Positions 1-9,049 of a DNA stretch of 64,000 bases are shown in pieces. Position numbers and translations under genes: made by a program. Below the pieces are notes generated by a model, which saw nothing but the letters and a program-made list of their open reading frames with translations, searched no databases and was not told where the DNA came from. The DNA comes from Oscillospiraceae bacterium (GTDB taxonomy: Bacteria > Bacillota > Clostridia > UMGS1883). The DNA lies in assembly GCA_015068735.1 (NCBI GenBank), contig SVJW01000006.1:519-64518 (forward strand). Direction: 5' to 3'. Each line of letters begins with the position of its first letter. Positions within the stretch are counted from its first letter, which is position 1.

Positions 1-218
1 GTCGTGACAGTGAGTCTAAGCGTCTTGGTGCAAAGCGTGCTGACGGTCAGGCTGTACTTGCCGGTAACATCCTCGTTCGTCAGAGAGGAACTAAAATTCA
101 TCCCGGTATCAATGTAGGTATTGGTAGCGATGATACCTTGTATGCTCTTGTTGACGGAAAAGTTAAGTTCGAGCGTAAGGGCAAGGATAAGAAGCAGGTT
201 AGCGTATATCCTGCGTAA
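1..218 (+). CDS. rpmA: 50S ribosomal protein L27 (5'-truncated by window edge)
   Basis: Frame from position 3 reads [35 protein letters not shown]...[29 protein letters not shown]; canonical position upstream of obgE. Confidence 0.97.
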   Translation, partial: RDSESKRLGAKRADGQAVLAGNILVRQRGTKIHPGINVGIGSDDTLYALVDGKVKFERKGKDKKQVSVYPA

Positions 219-228
219 ATCAAAAGAT

Positions 229-259
229 AAAAGCTCGGAATTTATTTCCGGGCTTTTTT
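229..259 (+). terminator. Intrinsic terminator after rpmA
   Basis: aaaagctcggaa-tttat-ttccgggctttttt hairpin plus T-run. Confidence 0.75.
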
Positions 260-292
260 GTTTATTGTTAGAACTCATAAGGAGGTAAAGGT

Positions 293-1558
293 ATGTTTGC
301 AGATACCGCAACTATAACTGTTAAGGCAGGCAATGGTGGAAACGGTCTCGTTTCTTTTCATAGAGAAAAATATGTTCCCGATGGAGGCCCAGACGGCGGC
401 GACGGTGGAAAAGGCGGTAACATCATATTTAAAGCGGACAAGACTCTTACCACTCTTGTGGATTTTGCGCATAGAAAGACATTCACCGCAAAAAACGGTG
501 AAGATGGTAAGGCACGTCGTAGCTCCGGCAGAAAAGGGGAAGACCTTTACATCCTTGTTCCTGTAGGAACGGTTATTAAGGATGCAAAAAGCGGTAGGGT
601 AATGAAAGATATGTCTGAAAACGAGGAAGAATTCATTGCGGCATACGGTGGAAATGGCGGCTGGGGCAATGTCCATTTTGCTTCTGCAACACGTCAGACA
701 CCCAAATTTGCCAAAGACGGTCTCAAAGGACAGGAGAGGGAACTTCTCCTTGAACTGAAGCTTATTGCCGATGTGGGTCTTGCTGGGTTCCCGAATGTGG
801 GCAAATCTACACTTCTTTCGGCTGTAAGTGCCGCGCGTCCCAAAATTGCAAACTATCACTTTACAACACTTGAACCAAATCTCGGTGTTATAAAAATGGG
901 TGAGGGAAAGAGCTTTGTAATGGCTGATATTCCCGGACTTATAGAGGGTGCACACGAGGGAATAGGTCTCGGCCACGAATTTTTAAGACATATCGAAAGA
1001 ACACGACTTATAGTTCATATAGTTGATATTTCGGGCATAGAGGGACGAAACCCCATTGAAGATTTTGAAAAAATAAACAATGAGCTGGCTCTTTACAGCA
1101 AATCCCTTGCAGAGCGTCCCCAGATTGTTGTGGCAAACAAGACGGACGTTATTACAGACCCCACACTTTTAGAAGATTTCAGGAAATATATTGAAGAAAA
1201 GGGTCTTAAACTTTTTGAAATAAGTGCGGCAGCGCATAAGGGTACAAGAGAGCTTATAAACTATGTTTCGGACATACTTGATACACTTGAACCCGTAGAA
1301 ATTTACGAGGCAGACTTTGTAGAGGAAGATTTCTCAGAAGAACCATTTGAAGTTCGTAAAGAGGGCGAAACATACGTTGTGGAAGGTCCCTATGTTGAAA
1401 AACTCCTCCGTCACTGCAATTTTGAAGATGCTGAAAGCATGCAGTACTTCCAGATTGCATTAAGACGAAAGGGCATTATAGATGCTTTGGAAAATGCCGG
1501 TTGTGGAGAGGGTGACCCCGTAAGAATGTACGAACTTGAATTTGATTATACGGAATAA
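293..1558 (+). CDS. obgE: GTPase ObgE/CgtA
   Basis: Gly-rich Obg fold (GGPDGGDGGKGG), G1 GFPNVGKST, YHFTTLEPNLG, DIPGLIEGA, NKTD; RBS aaggagg. Confidence 0.98.
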   Translation: MFADTATITVKAGNGGNGLVSFHREKYVPDGGPDGGDGGKGGNIIFKADKTLTTLVDFAHRKTFTAKNGEDGKARRSSGRKGEDLYILVPVGTVIKDAKSGRVMKDMSENEEEFIAAYGGNGGWGNVHFASATRQTPKFAKDGLKGQERELLLELKLIADVGLAGFPNVGKSTLLSAVSAARPKIANYHFTTLEPNLGVIKMGEGKSFVMADIPGLIEGAHEGIGLGHEFLRHIERTRLIVHIVDISGIEGRNPIEDFEKINNELALYSKSLAERPQIVVANKTDVITDPTLLEDFRKYIEEKGLKLFEISAAAHKGTRELINYVSDILDTLEPVEIYEADFVEEDFSEEPFEVRKEGETYVVEGPYVEKLLRHCNFEDAESMQYFQIALRRKGIIDALENAGCGEGDPVRMYELEFDYTE

Positions 1559-1567
1559 GGTGAACAT

Positions 1568-1867
1568 ATGATAACAACAAAACAGAGAGCATACTTAAGA
1601 GGACTTGCAAATAAGGAAAACGCCATTTTCCAGATTGGTAAAGGCGGTATAACAGACGAAATCTTAAAAGAAATTGATATTGTTCTGGAAAAGCGCGAGC
1701 TTATAAAGATAACAGTTCTTGAAACCGCTTTTATGACTGCACGCGGGGCTTGTGAAGCCGTTTGTGAAGAAGTAGGGGCAGAGCCTGTTCAGTGTATCGG
1801 AAGTAAGTTTGTAATATACCGTATGGCAAAAGCAAAAGATAACCGCAAAATAGAACTCCCCAAATAA
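1568..1867 (+). CDS. yhbY: CRM-domain RNA-binding protein YhbY
   Basis: KQRAYLRGLA...IGKGG...RELIKI; conserved synteny with obgE-nadD. Confidence 0.95.
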   Translation: MITTKQRAYLRGLANKENAIFQIGKGGITDEILKEIDIVLEKRELIKITVLETAFMTARGACEAVCEEVGAEPVQCIGSKFVIYRMAKAKDNRKIELPK

Positions 1868-1876
1868 GGTGAAGAT

Positions 1877-2446
1877 ATGAAAATCGGACTTTTCGGCGGT
1901 GCATTCAATCCTCCTCATAACGGACATATGTCGGTTGCAAGGTGCGCTATCAAAGAGGCAAATCTTGATAAACTGATTTTTATTCCCACGGGAAATGCGC
2001 CACATAAAAAGGAAACTGAGGTTTCCAGAGAAGACAGATATAATATGGTTTCCAAGGCAATTTCGGGCGAGGAAAAAATGTTTGTCAGCGACTATGAAAT
2101 AAAGCGTAATGAGGTTAATTACAGCGCAAACACGGTTGAATATTTTAAGTCGCTTTATCCCGATGACGAACTTTTTTTCATAATCGGTGATGACTCCTAT
2201 AACCAGCTTGACACGTGGTTTGAACCGCATCGTATTATGGCGACTTCCACGCTTCTGGTTTTCCCGAGAGAGGGTGCGGAGGTAAAAGAGCCTGCCGTTA
2301 TGCTTTCTATGGATGTTGTGGAAGTATCATCTTCCGAAATTCGTGAAAAAATAAAGATGGGAAAAGATTGCAGAAACTTATTGCCAAAAAAGGTTTTTGA
2401 TTATATAATAGATAGGAATATATACGGAGCGAGGGAACTTGATTGA
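1877..2446 (+). CDS. nadD: Nicotinate-nucleotide adenylyltransferase
   Basis: GLFGGAFNPPHNGH, FIIGDDS, VSSSEIR motifs. Confidence 0.96.
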   Translation: MKIGLFGGAFNPPHNGHMSVARCAIKEANLDKLIFIPTGNAPHKKETEVSREDRYNMVSKAISGEEKMFVSDYEIKRNEVNYSANTVEYFKSLYPDDELFFIIGDDSYNQLDTWFEPHRIMATSTLLVFPREGAEVKEPAVMLSMDVVEVSSSEIREKIKMGKDCRNLLPKKVFDYIIDRNIYGARELD

Positions 2447-3027
2447 CAGATCAGGAAATGTTGAAAAAATTAAAAGCTACACAGCATGAGCGCAGATTTA
2501 ACCACACCCTTGGTGTTGTGTCCGAAGCGGAGCGACTTGCACCCAAATTTGGCGTAGATACTAAAAAGGCGAGGATAACTGCACTACTGCACGACTGTGC
2601 AAAAAATCTTGACGAGGCAACAGGTGAAGATTTTTTTGTGCTGTGCCAAAAGTACGGCGTCAAGCTTGATGACTGTGCAAAAAATGAGAAAGCACTTGTA
2701 CATGCTTTCCTTGGGGCGGCAGTAGCTTATAAAGAATATGGAATAGAAGATCACGAAATTTTGGAGGCGATATATTATCATACAACGGCGAGAGCCAATA
2801 TGACGCCTCTGGAAAAACTTATATATATTGCGGATATGACCGAGCCGGGCAGAACTATTGAACAGGCGAAGGAAATCCGCCGTTTGGTAGAAGAGGATAT
2901 AGATGAAGCTCTTATTTATGCAATAGGCTGTTCTATTAAACATGTAATAAAAAAGGGGACTCTCATTCACCCCGATTCTATCCACGCACTAAATTATCTT
3001 ATAGAGCATAGGAGGGCGCAGAATTGA
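2443..3027 (+). CDS. yqeK: HD-domain Ap4A hydrolase YqeK
   Basis: RFNHTLGV, LLHDCAK, HAFLGA, YHTT, IYIADMTEPGR; follows nadD. Confidence 0.93.
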   Translation: MTDQEMLKKLKATQHERRFNHTLGVVSEAERLAPKFGVDTKKARITALLHDCAKNLDEATGEDFFVLCQKYGVKLDDCAKNEKALVHAFLGAAVAYKEYGIEDHEILEAIYYHTTARANMTPLEKLIYIADMTEPGRTIEQAKEIRRLVEEDIDEALIYAIGCSIKHVIKKGTLIHPDSIHALNYLIEHRRAQN

Positions 3028-3380
3028 CCGATATAGAAAAAGTACACAAGCTTGCCTCAATACTTGACAGTAAGAAAGGCAGAAATATAATTGCACTTGA
3101 TCTTAAAGGTGCTACAATAATTGCAGATTATTTTGTAATCTGCTCTGCAGGTTCTCCTGCACAAATGCACGCCCTATATGAGTATGCATGTGACGAAATG
3201 GCAAAGGCAGACTGTCCTCCAACCCGTACCGAGGGTATGAAAAACCCCGACTGGGCACTAATTGACTTCGACGGAGTTATGCTTCATATTTTCAGTACTC
3301 AGATGCGTGACTTTTATGGCCTTGACAACCTATGGGCAGAAGCTGAAAAAATTGAAATTGACACAACCGATGAAGTTTGA
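3024..3380 (+). CDS. rsfS: Ribosome silencing factor RsfS
   Basis: KKGRNIIALD, IADYFVICS, WALIDFDGVMLHIF, RDFYGLDNLW. Confidence 0.95.
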   Translation: MTDIEKVHKLASILDSKKGRNIIALDLKGATIIADYFVICSAGSPAQMHALYEYACDEMAKADCPPTRTEGMKNPDWALIDFDGVMLHIFSTQMRDFYGLDNLWAEAEKIEIDTTDEV

Positions 3381-3400
3381 ATGGAAAGGATTTGAAAACC

Positions 3401-5803
3401 ATGGAATATAATTTTAAACAAATCGAACAGAAATGGCAGAAATATTGGGATGATAATAAATCATTTGAAGCAAAAAATAATTCCGATAAGCCTAAGTTTT
3501 ACGCTCTTGTAGAATTTCCGTATCCCTCGGGAAGCGGTATGCATGTAGGTCATATTAAGGCGTACAGCGGACTCGAAGTAGTTTCCCGTAAGAGGAGACT
3601 TGAAGGTTACAATGTGCTTTTCCCCATAGGCTTTGACGCTTACGGTCTTCCCACAGAAAACACCGCTATCAAAACAGGCGTTCATCCCAGAACTGTTACA
3701 GATAATAACATCGTAAAATTCACAAACCAGCTTAAGAGAGTAGGTTTCTCTTTTGACTGGTCAAGAGTTGTTGATACAACTGATGAGGGCTACTATAAGT
3801 GGACACAGTGGATTTTCCTTAAAATGTTTGAAAACGGACTTGTTTTCCGTGATACAACACTTGTAAACTACTGCCCCAGCTGTAAGGTTGTCCTTTCTAA
3901 CGAGGATTCTCAGGGCGGTAAATGCGATATTTGTCACAGCGACATCGTGCAGAAAACTAAAGAGGTTTGGTACCTCAGAATTACAGAATATGCAGATAAG
4001 CTTCTTCAGGGTCTTGAGGAGGTTGATTATCTTCCCAACATCATTCTTCAGCAGAAAAACTGGATAGGTAAGAGTGAGGGTGCTTTTGTAAACTTCTCCA
4101 TCAAGGAAAATGACGAAAAACTCCGTGTTTACACCACACGTCCCGATACTCTTTACGGTGTAACCTTTATGGTTATTGCTCCCGAGCATCCTATTATTGA
4201 GAAGTATAAGGATTCTATCAAGAATTTTGACGAACTTGAAGCATACAAGAAAGAATGTGCAAAGAAGAGCGAGTTTGAACGTACTCAGCTTGTAAAGGAT
4301 AAGACAGGCGTAAGAATTGACGGACTTACTGCAATCAACCCCATTACGGAAAAAGAAATTCCCGTTTACATTTCCGACTATGTAATGATGGGTTACGGTA
4401 CAGGCGCAATTATGGCTGTACCTGCACATGATACCCGTGACTACGACTTTGCAAAGAAGTTCGGTATAGATATTATTGAGGTTATCAAGGGTGGAGACAT
4501 TTCCAAGGAAGCATATACAGGCGACGGTGAAATGGTTAACTCCGGTATTCTTGATGGTATTAAGACAAAGCAGGAAGCAATCGCAAAAATGCTTGAAATC
4601 TTAGCAGAAAAAGGTTGCGGTGAAAAGGGTATCCAGTACAAAATGAAAGACTGGGCATTCAACCGTCAGCGTTATTGGGGAGAGCCTATCCCGATTGTAC
4701 ACTGTCCTCAGTGCGGTATGGTTGCAGTACCCTATGAAGAACTTCCTTTAAGACTTCCCCCCGTGGACAATTTCGAGCCCGGTTCCGACGGTGAAAGCCC
4801 CCTTGCAAAGATTGAATCCTTTGTAAACTGCACTTGCCCCAAGTGTGGCGGAAAAGCGAGAAGAGAAACCGATACAATGCCTCAGTGGGCAGGTTCCTCA
4901 TGGTACTTCCTTCGTTACTGTGACCCCAAAAATGATAAAGAATTTGCTTCTCAGGAAGCACTCAAATATTGGATGAATGTTGACTGGTACAACGGTGGTA
5001 TGGAACACGTTACACGCCATATGATTTACTCCCGTTTCTGGCATAAATTCCTCTATGACCTTGGTCTTGTTCCCACAGCAGAGCCTTATGCAAAGAGAAC
5101 TGCACAGGGACTTATCTTAGGACCTGATGGTGACAAGATGAGTAAGAGTAAGGGTAATGTTGTAGACCCCAACGATGTTGTTGACGTTTACGGTGCAGAC
5201 GTTCTTCGTGCATATGTTCTCTTTATGGGTGACTACGAGCAGGCAGCTCCTTGGAACGAAAGCAGTATGAAAGGCTGTAAGAGATTCCTTGACCGTGTAT
5301 GGGAACTTCACAATATGCTTATTGACGGTGATAGTTACCGTGACGAGCTTGTAAGCGCTATGCACAAGACAATTAAAAAGGTTTCCAACGATATTGAAAG
5401 CATGAAGTTCAATACTGCTATTGCAGCACTTATGACTCTCGTAAACAAGATTTACGAAGTTGGCAGCATCAATAAGGCAGAATATAAAACACTTCTTACA
5501 CTTCTCAATCCCTTTGCTCCTCATATGACGGAAGAGCTTTACAGTGAACTTTTCGGTGAAATCCTTTCAAACGGAAGCTGGGTTTCCTACAACGAAGCTC
5601 TCTGTGTTGATTCTACCATTGAAATTGTTATTCAGATTAACGGTAGAGTAAAGGCAAAGATGATGGTTGATGCTAATATTAACCGTGAGGATATGGAAAA
5701 AGCAGCAATGGAAAATGACGAAGTAAAAGCACTTATCGGTGATATGAATGTTGTAAAGGTAATTGCAGTTCCCGGTAAGCTTGTAAATATCGTAGTAAAA
5801 TAA
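3401..5803 (+). CDS. leuS: Leucine--tRNA ligase
   Basis: FPYPSG, HVGH (HIGH) and KMSKS motifs, RQRYWGEPIP; ATG at 3401 after a gaaagga RBS. Confidence 0.98.
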   Translation: MEYNFKQIEQKWQKYWDDNKSFEAKNNSDKPKFYALVEFPYPSGSGMHVGHIKAYSGLEVVSRKRRLEGYNVLFPIGFDAYGLPTENTAIKTGVHPRTVTDNNIVKFTNQLKRVGFSFDWSRVVDTTDEGYYKWTQWIFLKMFENGLVFRDTTLVNYCPSCKVVLSNEDSQGGKCDICHSDIVQKTKEVWYLRITEYADKLLQGLEEVDYLPNIILQQKNWIGKSEGAFVNFSIKENDEKLRVYTTRPDTLYGVTFMVIAPEHPIIEKYKDSIKNFDELEAYKKECAKKSEFERTQLVKDKTGVRIDGLTAINPITEKEIPVYISDYVMMGYGTGAIMAVPAHDTRDYDFAKKFGIDIIEVIKGGDISKEAYTGDGEMVNSGILDGIKTKQEAIAKMLEILAEKGCGEKGIQYKMKDWAFNRQRYWGEPIPIVHCPQCGMVAVPYEELPLRLPPVDNFEPGSDGESPLAKIESFVNCTCPKCGGKARRETDTMPQWAGSSWYFLRYCDPKNDKEFASQEALKYWMNVDWYNGGMEHVTRHMIYSRFWHKFLYDLGLVPTAEPYAKRTAQGLILGPDGDKMSKSKGNVVDPNDVVDVYGADVLRAYVLFMGDYEQAAPWNESSMKGCKRFLDRVWELHNMLIDGDSYRDELVSAMHKTIKKVSNDIESMKFNTAIAALMTLVNKIYEVGSINKAEYKTLLTLLNPFAPHMTEELYSELFGEILSNGSWVSYNEALCVDSTIEIVIQINGRVKAKMMVDANINREDMEKAAMENDEVKALIGDMNVVKVIAVPGKLVNIVVK

Positions 5804-5813
5804 AGGTGATATT

Positions 5814-7313
5814 ATGAATTATAAAAGTACTCGTGATAATAATATAAGCGTAAAAAGTGCAGAAGCTATCGCAAAAGGACTTTCTCCGGAGGGTGGGCTT
5901 TTTGTTCCCGACAGTATTCCGGTTGTTTCACTCAGTCAGATTAAATATATGGCGGATATGTCATACACTCAGCGTGCGAACGAAATTTTGGGAAGATTTC
6001 TCACAGATTTTACTGAGGATGAACTTGATAAGTGCATAAATGCCGCGTATACAAAAGAGAAGTTTGAAACAAATAACATCGCTCCCGTTTATAAAATGAA
6101 CGATTCACAGTACGTTCTGGAGTTGTGGCACGGACCGACTTGTGCGTTTAAGGATATGGCACTTCAGATTCTTCCGCATCTTCTTACAACATCAGTTAAA
6201 AAGCTGGGAATTGACCGTGAAACCGTAATCCTTGTTGCAACAAGCGGTGACACAGGAAAAGCTGCTCTTGCAGGTTTTAAGGATGTTCCCGGCACAAAGA
6301 TTATAGTATTCTATCCTGATGAAGGCGTAAGCCAGATTCAGCGTCTTCAGATGTGTACGCAGGAAGGCGGAAACGTATTTGTAAGTGCAGTTAACGGTAA
6401 CTTTGATGATGCACAAAACGGAGTTAAGGCAATTTTCACCGATAAGGAATATGAGGGAGAACTTCTTGCAGGTAAAAAGGCTCTTTCTTCTGCAAATTCC
6501 ATTAACTGGGGCCGTCTCGTTCCTCAGATTGTGTATTATTTCTCAGCTTACTGTGATATGGTAAAGGCTGAAGAAATAGCCTGCGGTGATGAGGTTAATA
6601 TCTGCGTTCCCACGGGTAATTTCGGAAACATTCTTGCAGCATACTATGCAAAATGCATGGGTCTTCCAGTAAAGAAACTCATCTGTGCTTCAAATAAGAA
6701 TAATGTTCTTACTGACTTTATTGAAACAGGTGTATATGATCGTAACCGTGATTTCTTTGTTACTACATCGCCTTCTATGGATATTCTTATTTCTTCTAAC
6801 CTTGAAAGGCTTCTTTACATAGTTTCCGGTGAAAGAACCGACCTTGTAAACAGCTATATGACCCAGTTGAAGGAAAGCGGAAAGTATACCGTAACTGACG
6901 AAATCAAAAAAGAAATTGACGATAATTTCTACGGCGGTTTTGCTGACGAAGAAATGTGTGCTGATACAATCCGTAAAACTTACGAAAAGTTTAGCTATGT
7001 AATAGATCCTCATACTGCAGTTGCAGTAGCAGTTCATAACGCTTACCTTGAAAAAACAGGTGACGATACAAAGACAATCATTGCATCAACTGCAAGTCCC
7101 TTCAAGTTTAACGGTGCAGTTTTATCTGCTCTTCAGGGAGAAGAGGGAGTAGCAGACCTTGACGAATTCAGACTTTTGGAGAAGCTTGCAAGTGACTATG
7201 AACTTCGTGTTCCGTCATCACTGGCAGCTCTTGAAGAGAAAGAAGTACGCTTTGAGGTTGTATGCGACAAAAACCAGATGAAAGCCGTTGTAAACGAATT
7301 TCTTAAAAACTAA
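5814..7313 (+). CDS. thrC: Threonine synthase
   Basis: YKSTR, GLSPEGGLFVP, ELWHGPTCAFKD (PLP Lys), ATSGDTG, NSINWGRL, VPTGNFGN. Confidence 0.97.
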   Translation: MNYKSTRDNNISVKSAEAIAKGLSPEGGLFVPDSIPVVSLSQIKYMADMSYTQRANEILGRFLTDFTEDELDKCINAAYTKEKFETNNIAPVYKMNDSQYVLELWHGPTCAFKDMALQILPHLLTTSVKKLGIDRETVILVATSGDTGKAALAGFKDVPGTKIIVFYPDEGVSQIQRLQMCTQEGGNVFVSAVNGNFDDAQNGVKAIFTDKEYEGELLAGKKALSSANSINWGRLVPQIVYYFSAYCDMVKAEEIACGDEVNICVPTGNFGNILAAYYAKCMGLPVKKLICASNKNNVLTDFIETGVYDRNRDFFVTTSPSMDILISSNLERLLYIVSGERTDLVNSYMTQLKESGKYTVTDEIKKEIDDNFYGGFADEEMCADTIRKTYEKFSYVIDPHTAVAVAVHNAYLEKTGDDTKTIIASTASPFKFNGAVLSALQGEEGVADLDEFRLLEKLASDYELRVPSSLAALEEKEVRFEVVCDKNQMKAVVNEFLKN

Positions 7314-7357
7314 TAAAAAAAGGCTGATGCATTTATTAAACCATTAACTTAAAAATA

Positions 7358-7631
7358 GCCATTGAAAGATTGTCCAAAGCACGTTTTTTGCTTTCTCTTT
7401 TTTACCGCTACGTCGTTAAAAACCTTGCCAATACGACAGTATTGGCTTCGTTTTTTGCCTTGTATCAGTAGAAAAATAGTTTGCAAAAAATTCTCAAAAC
7501 CTGAAACGGACGAAATTTTGTGCAGATTTTGGTGCGGAGGACGCCGACAGACTATCGTCTTTCAAGGACGACCAGCCGAAAGATGCCCAAATTTCGCCGC
7601 TTCAGGCGGGTTCGGATAATCCTTCAATGGC
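7358..7631. repeat. Y-shaped palindromic intergenic element, copy 1 (inside the thrC terminator arms 7317-7333/7663-7679)
   Basis: Terminal IR gccattgaaagattgtccaaa / ttcggataatccttcaatggc; arm 1 apex gccaatac-gaca-gtattggc; arm 2 cctgaaacgg...ttcagg. Confidence 0.8.
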
Positions 7632-7735
7632 CGTACAGTGCGAGCTGTTCCCTTGTAATGGTAATGCATCAGCCTTTTTCGTTAAATATGCAAAATCATA
7701 CAGACCTTCGTTGTTATGATTTTGCAAAGGTGTTG

Positions 7736-7915
7736 TTAGTTACAACACTCTCTTTTGGAAAAGGTTTCACAACCTGTTTCCGATACGTTGTTTGCACTCT
7801 TACCGCAAACCATAATGTGTTCAGCCATACATTCGTTATGGGTGTTATGGTGTACGCAGTTTTCAACAACGCATTTTACACCGCTAATGGGTCTGTCTGA
7901 GTTTTTACAAGACAT
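7736..7915 (-). CDS. DUF1540-family small Cys-rich protein
   Basis: VKCVVENCVHH...CMAEHIMV...TGCETF pattern; RBS aggagtg before ATG at 7915. Confidence 0.85.
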   Translation of the reverse strand: MSCKNSDRPISGVKCVVENCVHHNTHNECMAEHIMVCGKSANNVSETGCETFSKRECCN

Positions 7916-7932
7916 CTCAATCACTCCTGACG

Positions 7933-8208
7933 TAGCAGAAAGCGAGTAATCCAAACCTCGATTTTAAAAGGCGGATTTTCGCTTTCGCTGTGTTAAAATA
8001 CTCGGAAATACACAAAGTATTTCCTGTGTTTTTGCCTTGCGCAACCAAAAATCTGCACTTTTAAAATTCTTCGACCTGAAACGGATGGAATTTCGTGTAG
8101 GTTTTGGTGCGGAAGATGAAGCAAGGCTGACGCCTTGCAAAGATGACAAGCCGAAATATACCGAAATAACGCTGTTTCAGGCGAGTTCGGATTACTCACT
8201 TTCGGCTA
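7933..8208. repeat. Y-shaped palindromic intergenic element, copy 2
   Basis: Terminal IR tagcagaaagcgagtaatccaaac / gttcggattactcactttcggcta; apex ggaaatac-acaaa-gtatttcc; arm 2 cctgaaacggatggaatttcgtgtaggttttggtgcgga closely matches copy 1. Confidence 0.8.
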
Positions 8209-8273
8209 GTTTGCAAGCTCAAAGCTTACGACATTATTTTGTGCGGCAATAAAATTTATATTCGGAGAAAATT

Positions 8274-8945
8274 ATGGCAATTTTTGCACTTAGCGATCTT
8301 CATCTTCCGCTGGGAATTGATAAGCCAATGGACATTTTTGGCGTGAGATGGGACAATTATGTTGAAAAAATTGAATACGAGTGGAAAAAGAATGTATCCG
8401 AGGAAGATTTTGTAATTATAAACGGAGATTTCAGCTGGGCAACGTATCTTTCGGAGGCACTTAAAGATTTTCAGTTTATAGAGGCGCTTCCCGGAAAAAA
8501 GCTTATTTCCAAGGGTAATCATGATTACTGGTGGGAAACCCTTACCAAAATGAACACCTTTTTAGAAGAAAATTCTATTAAAAGTGTAACATTTATGCAG
8601 AACAATGCAATTCTTTGTGACGGAGTGGCCGTTTGCGGAGCAAAGGGATGGATTTCACCCGGAGATAAAGCCTTCAAGAAAGAGGATGAAAAGTTTTACC
8701 GCAGAGAACTTATAAGATTGGAAGCATCACTTAAAGCGGCGGCAGAACTGTCTGATACAATAATTGCGGCACTTCATTATCCACCGGATCAGGTATATTC
8801 GGAAGTGATAGAAAAGTATAATGTTTATAAATGCGTATTCGGGCATTTGCACGGGAAAAGGGCGGAAGATTATCGGTGTAATAACCAAAATTATACACTT
8901 GTATCTGCCGATTTTCTCAAATTTTCACCAATTCGTATAATTTAA
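8274..8945 (+). CDS. Calcineurin-like metallophosphoesterase
   Basis: SDLH, GDFSWA, GNHDYWW, HYPP, GHLH motifs. Confidence 0.9.
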   Translation: MAIFALSDLHLPLGIDKPMDIFGVRWDNYVEKIEYEWKKNVSEEDFVIINGDFSWATYLSEALKDFQFIEALPGKKLISKGNHDYWWETLTKMNTFLEENSIKSVTFMQNNAILCDGVAVCGAKGWISPGDKAFKKEDEKFYRRELIRLEASLKAAAELSDTIIAALHYPPDQVYSEVIEKYNVYKCVFGHLHGKRAEDYRCNNQNYTLVSADFLKFSPIRII

Positions 8946-8966
8946 TGGGAAATATTGAAAAAACAC

Positions 8967-8995
8967 TTGCAAAATAAGGTAAAATATGATATAAA
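8967..8995 (+). promoter_or_regulatory. SigA-type promoter of tig-clpP-clpX
   Basis: TTGCAA-17 bp-TATAAA with TG extended -10. Confidence 0.6.
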
Positions 8996-9049
8996 TATGA
9001 TTTGATGTGGGTGTTATATTTATGCCCGTAACAATAGGAGGAAACAAGT

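Noticed and set aside
275-976. 233-aa minus-strand ORF (and similar antisense ORFs over leuS, clpX and PUL genes)
   Set aside because: Shadow frames of well-supported plus-strand genes; no motifs or RBS
3380-3400. T-box riboswitch upstream of leuS (or thrC)
   Set aside because: The intergenic gaps are only 10-20 bp, leaving no room, and no T-box motif is present
7362-8252. ORFs 7362-7619, 7520-7900, 7755-7949, 7964-8149, 7993-8199 and 8037-8252
   Set aside because: They overlap the palindromic elements or the DUF1540 gene; no RBS or recognisable protein features
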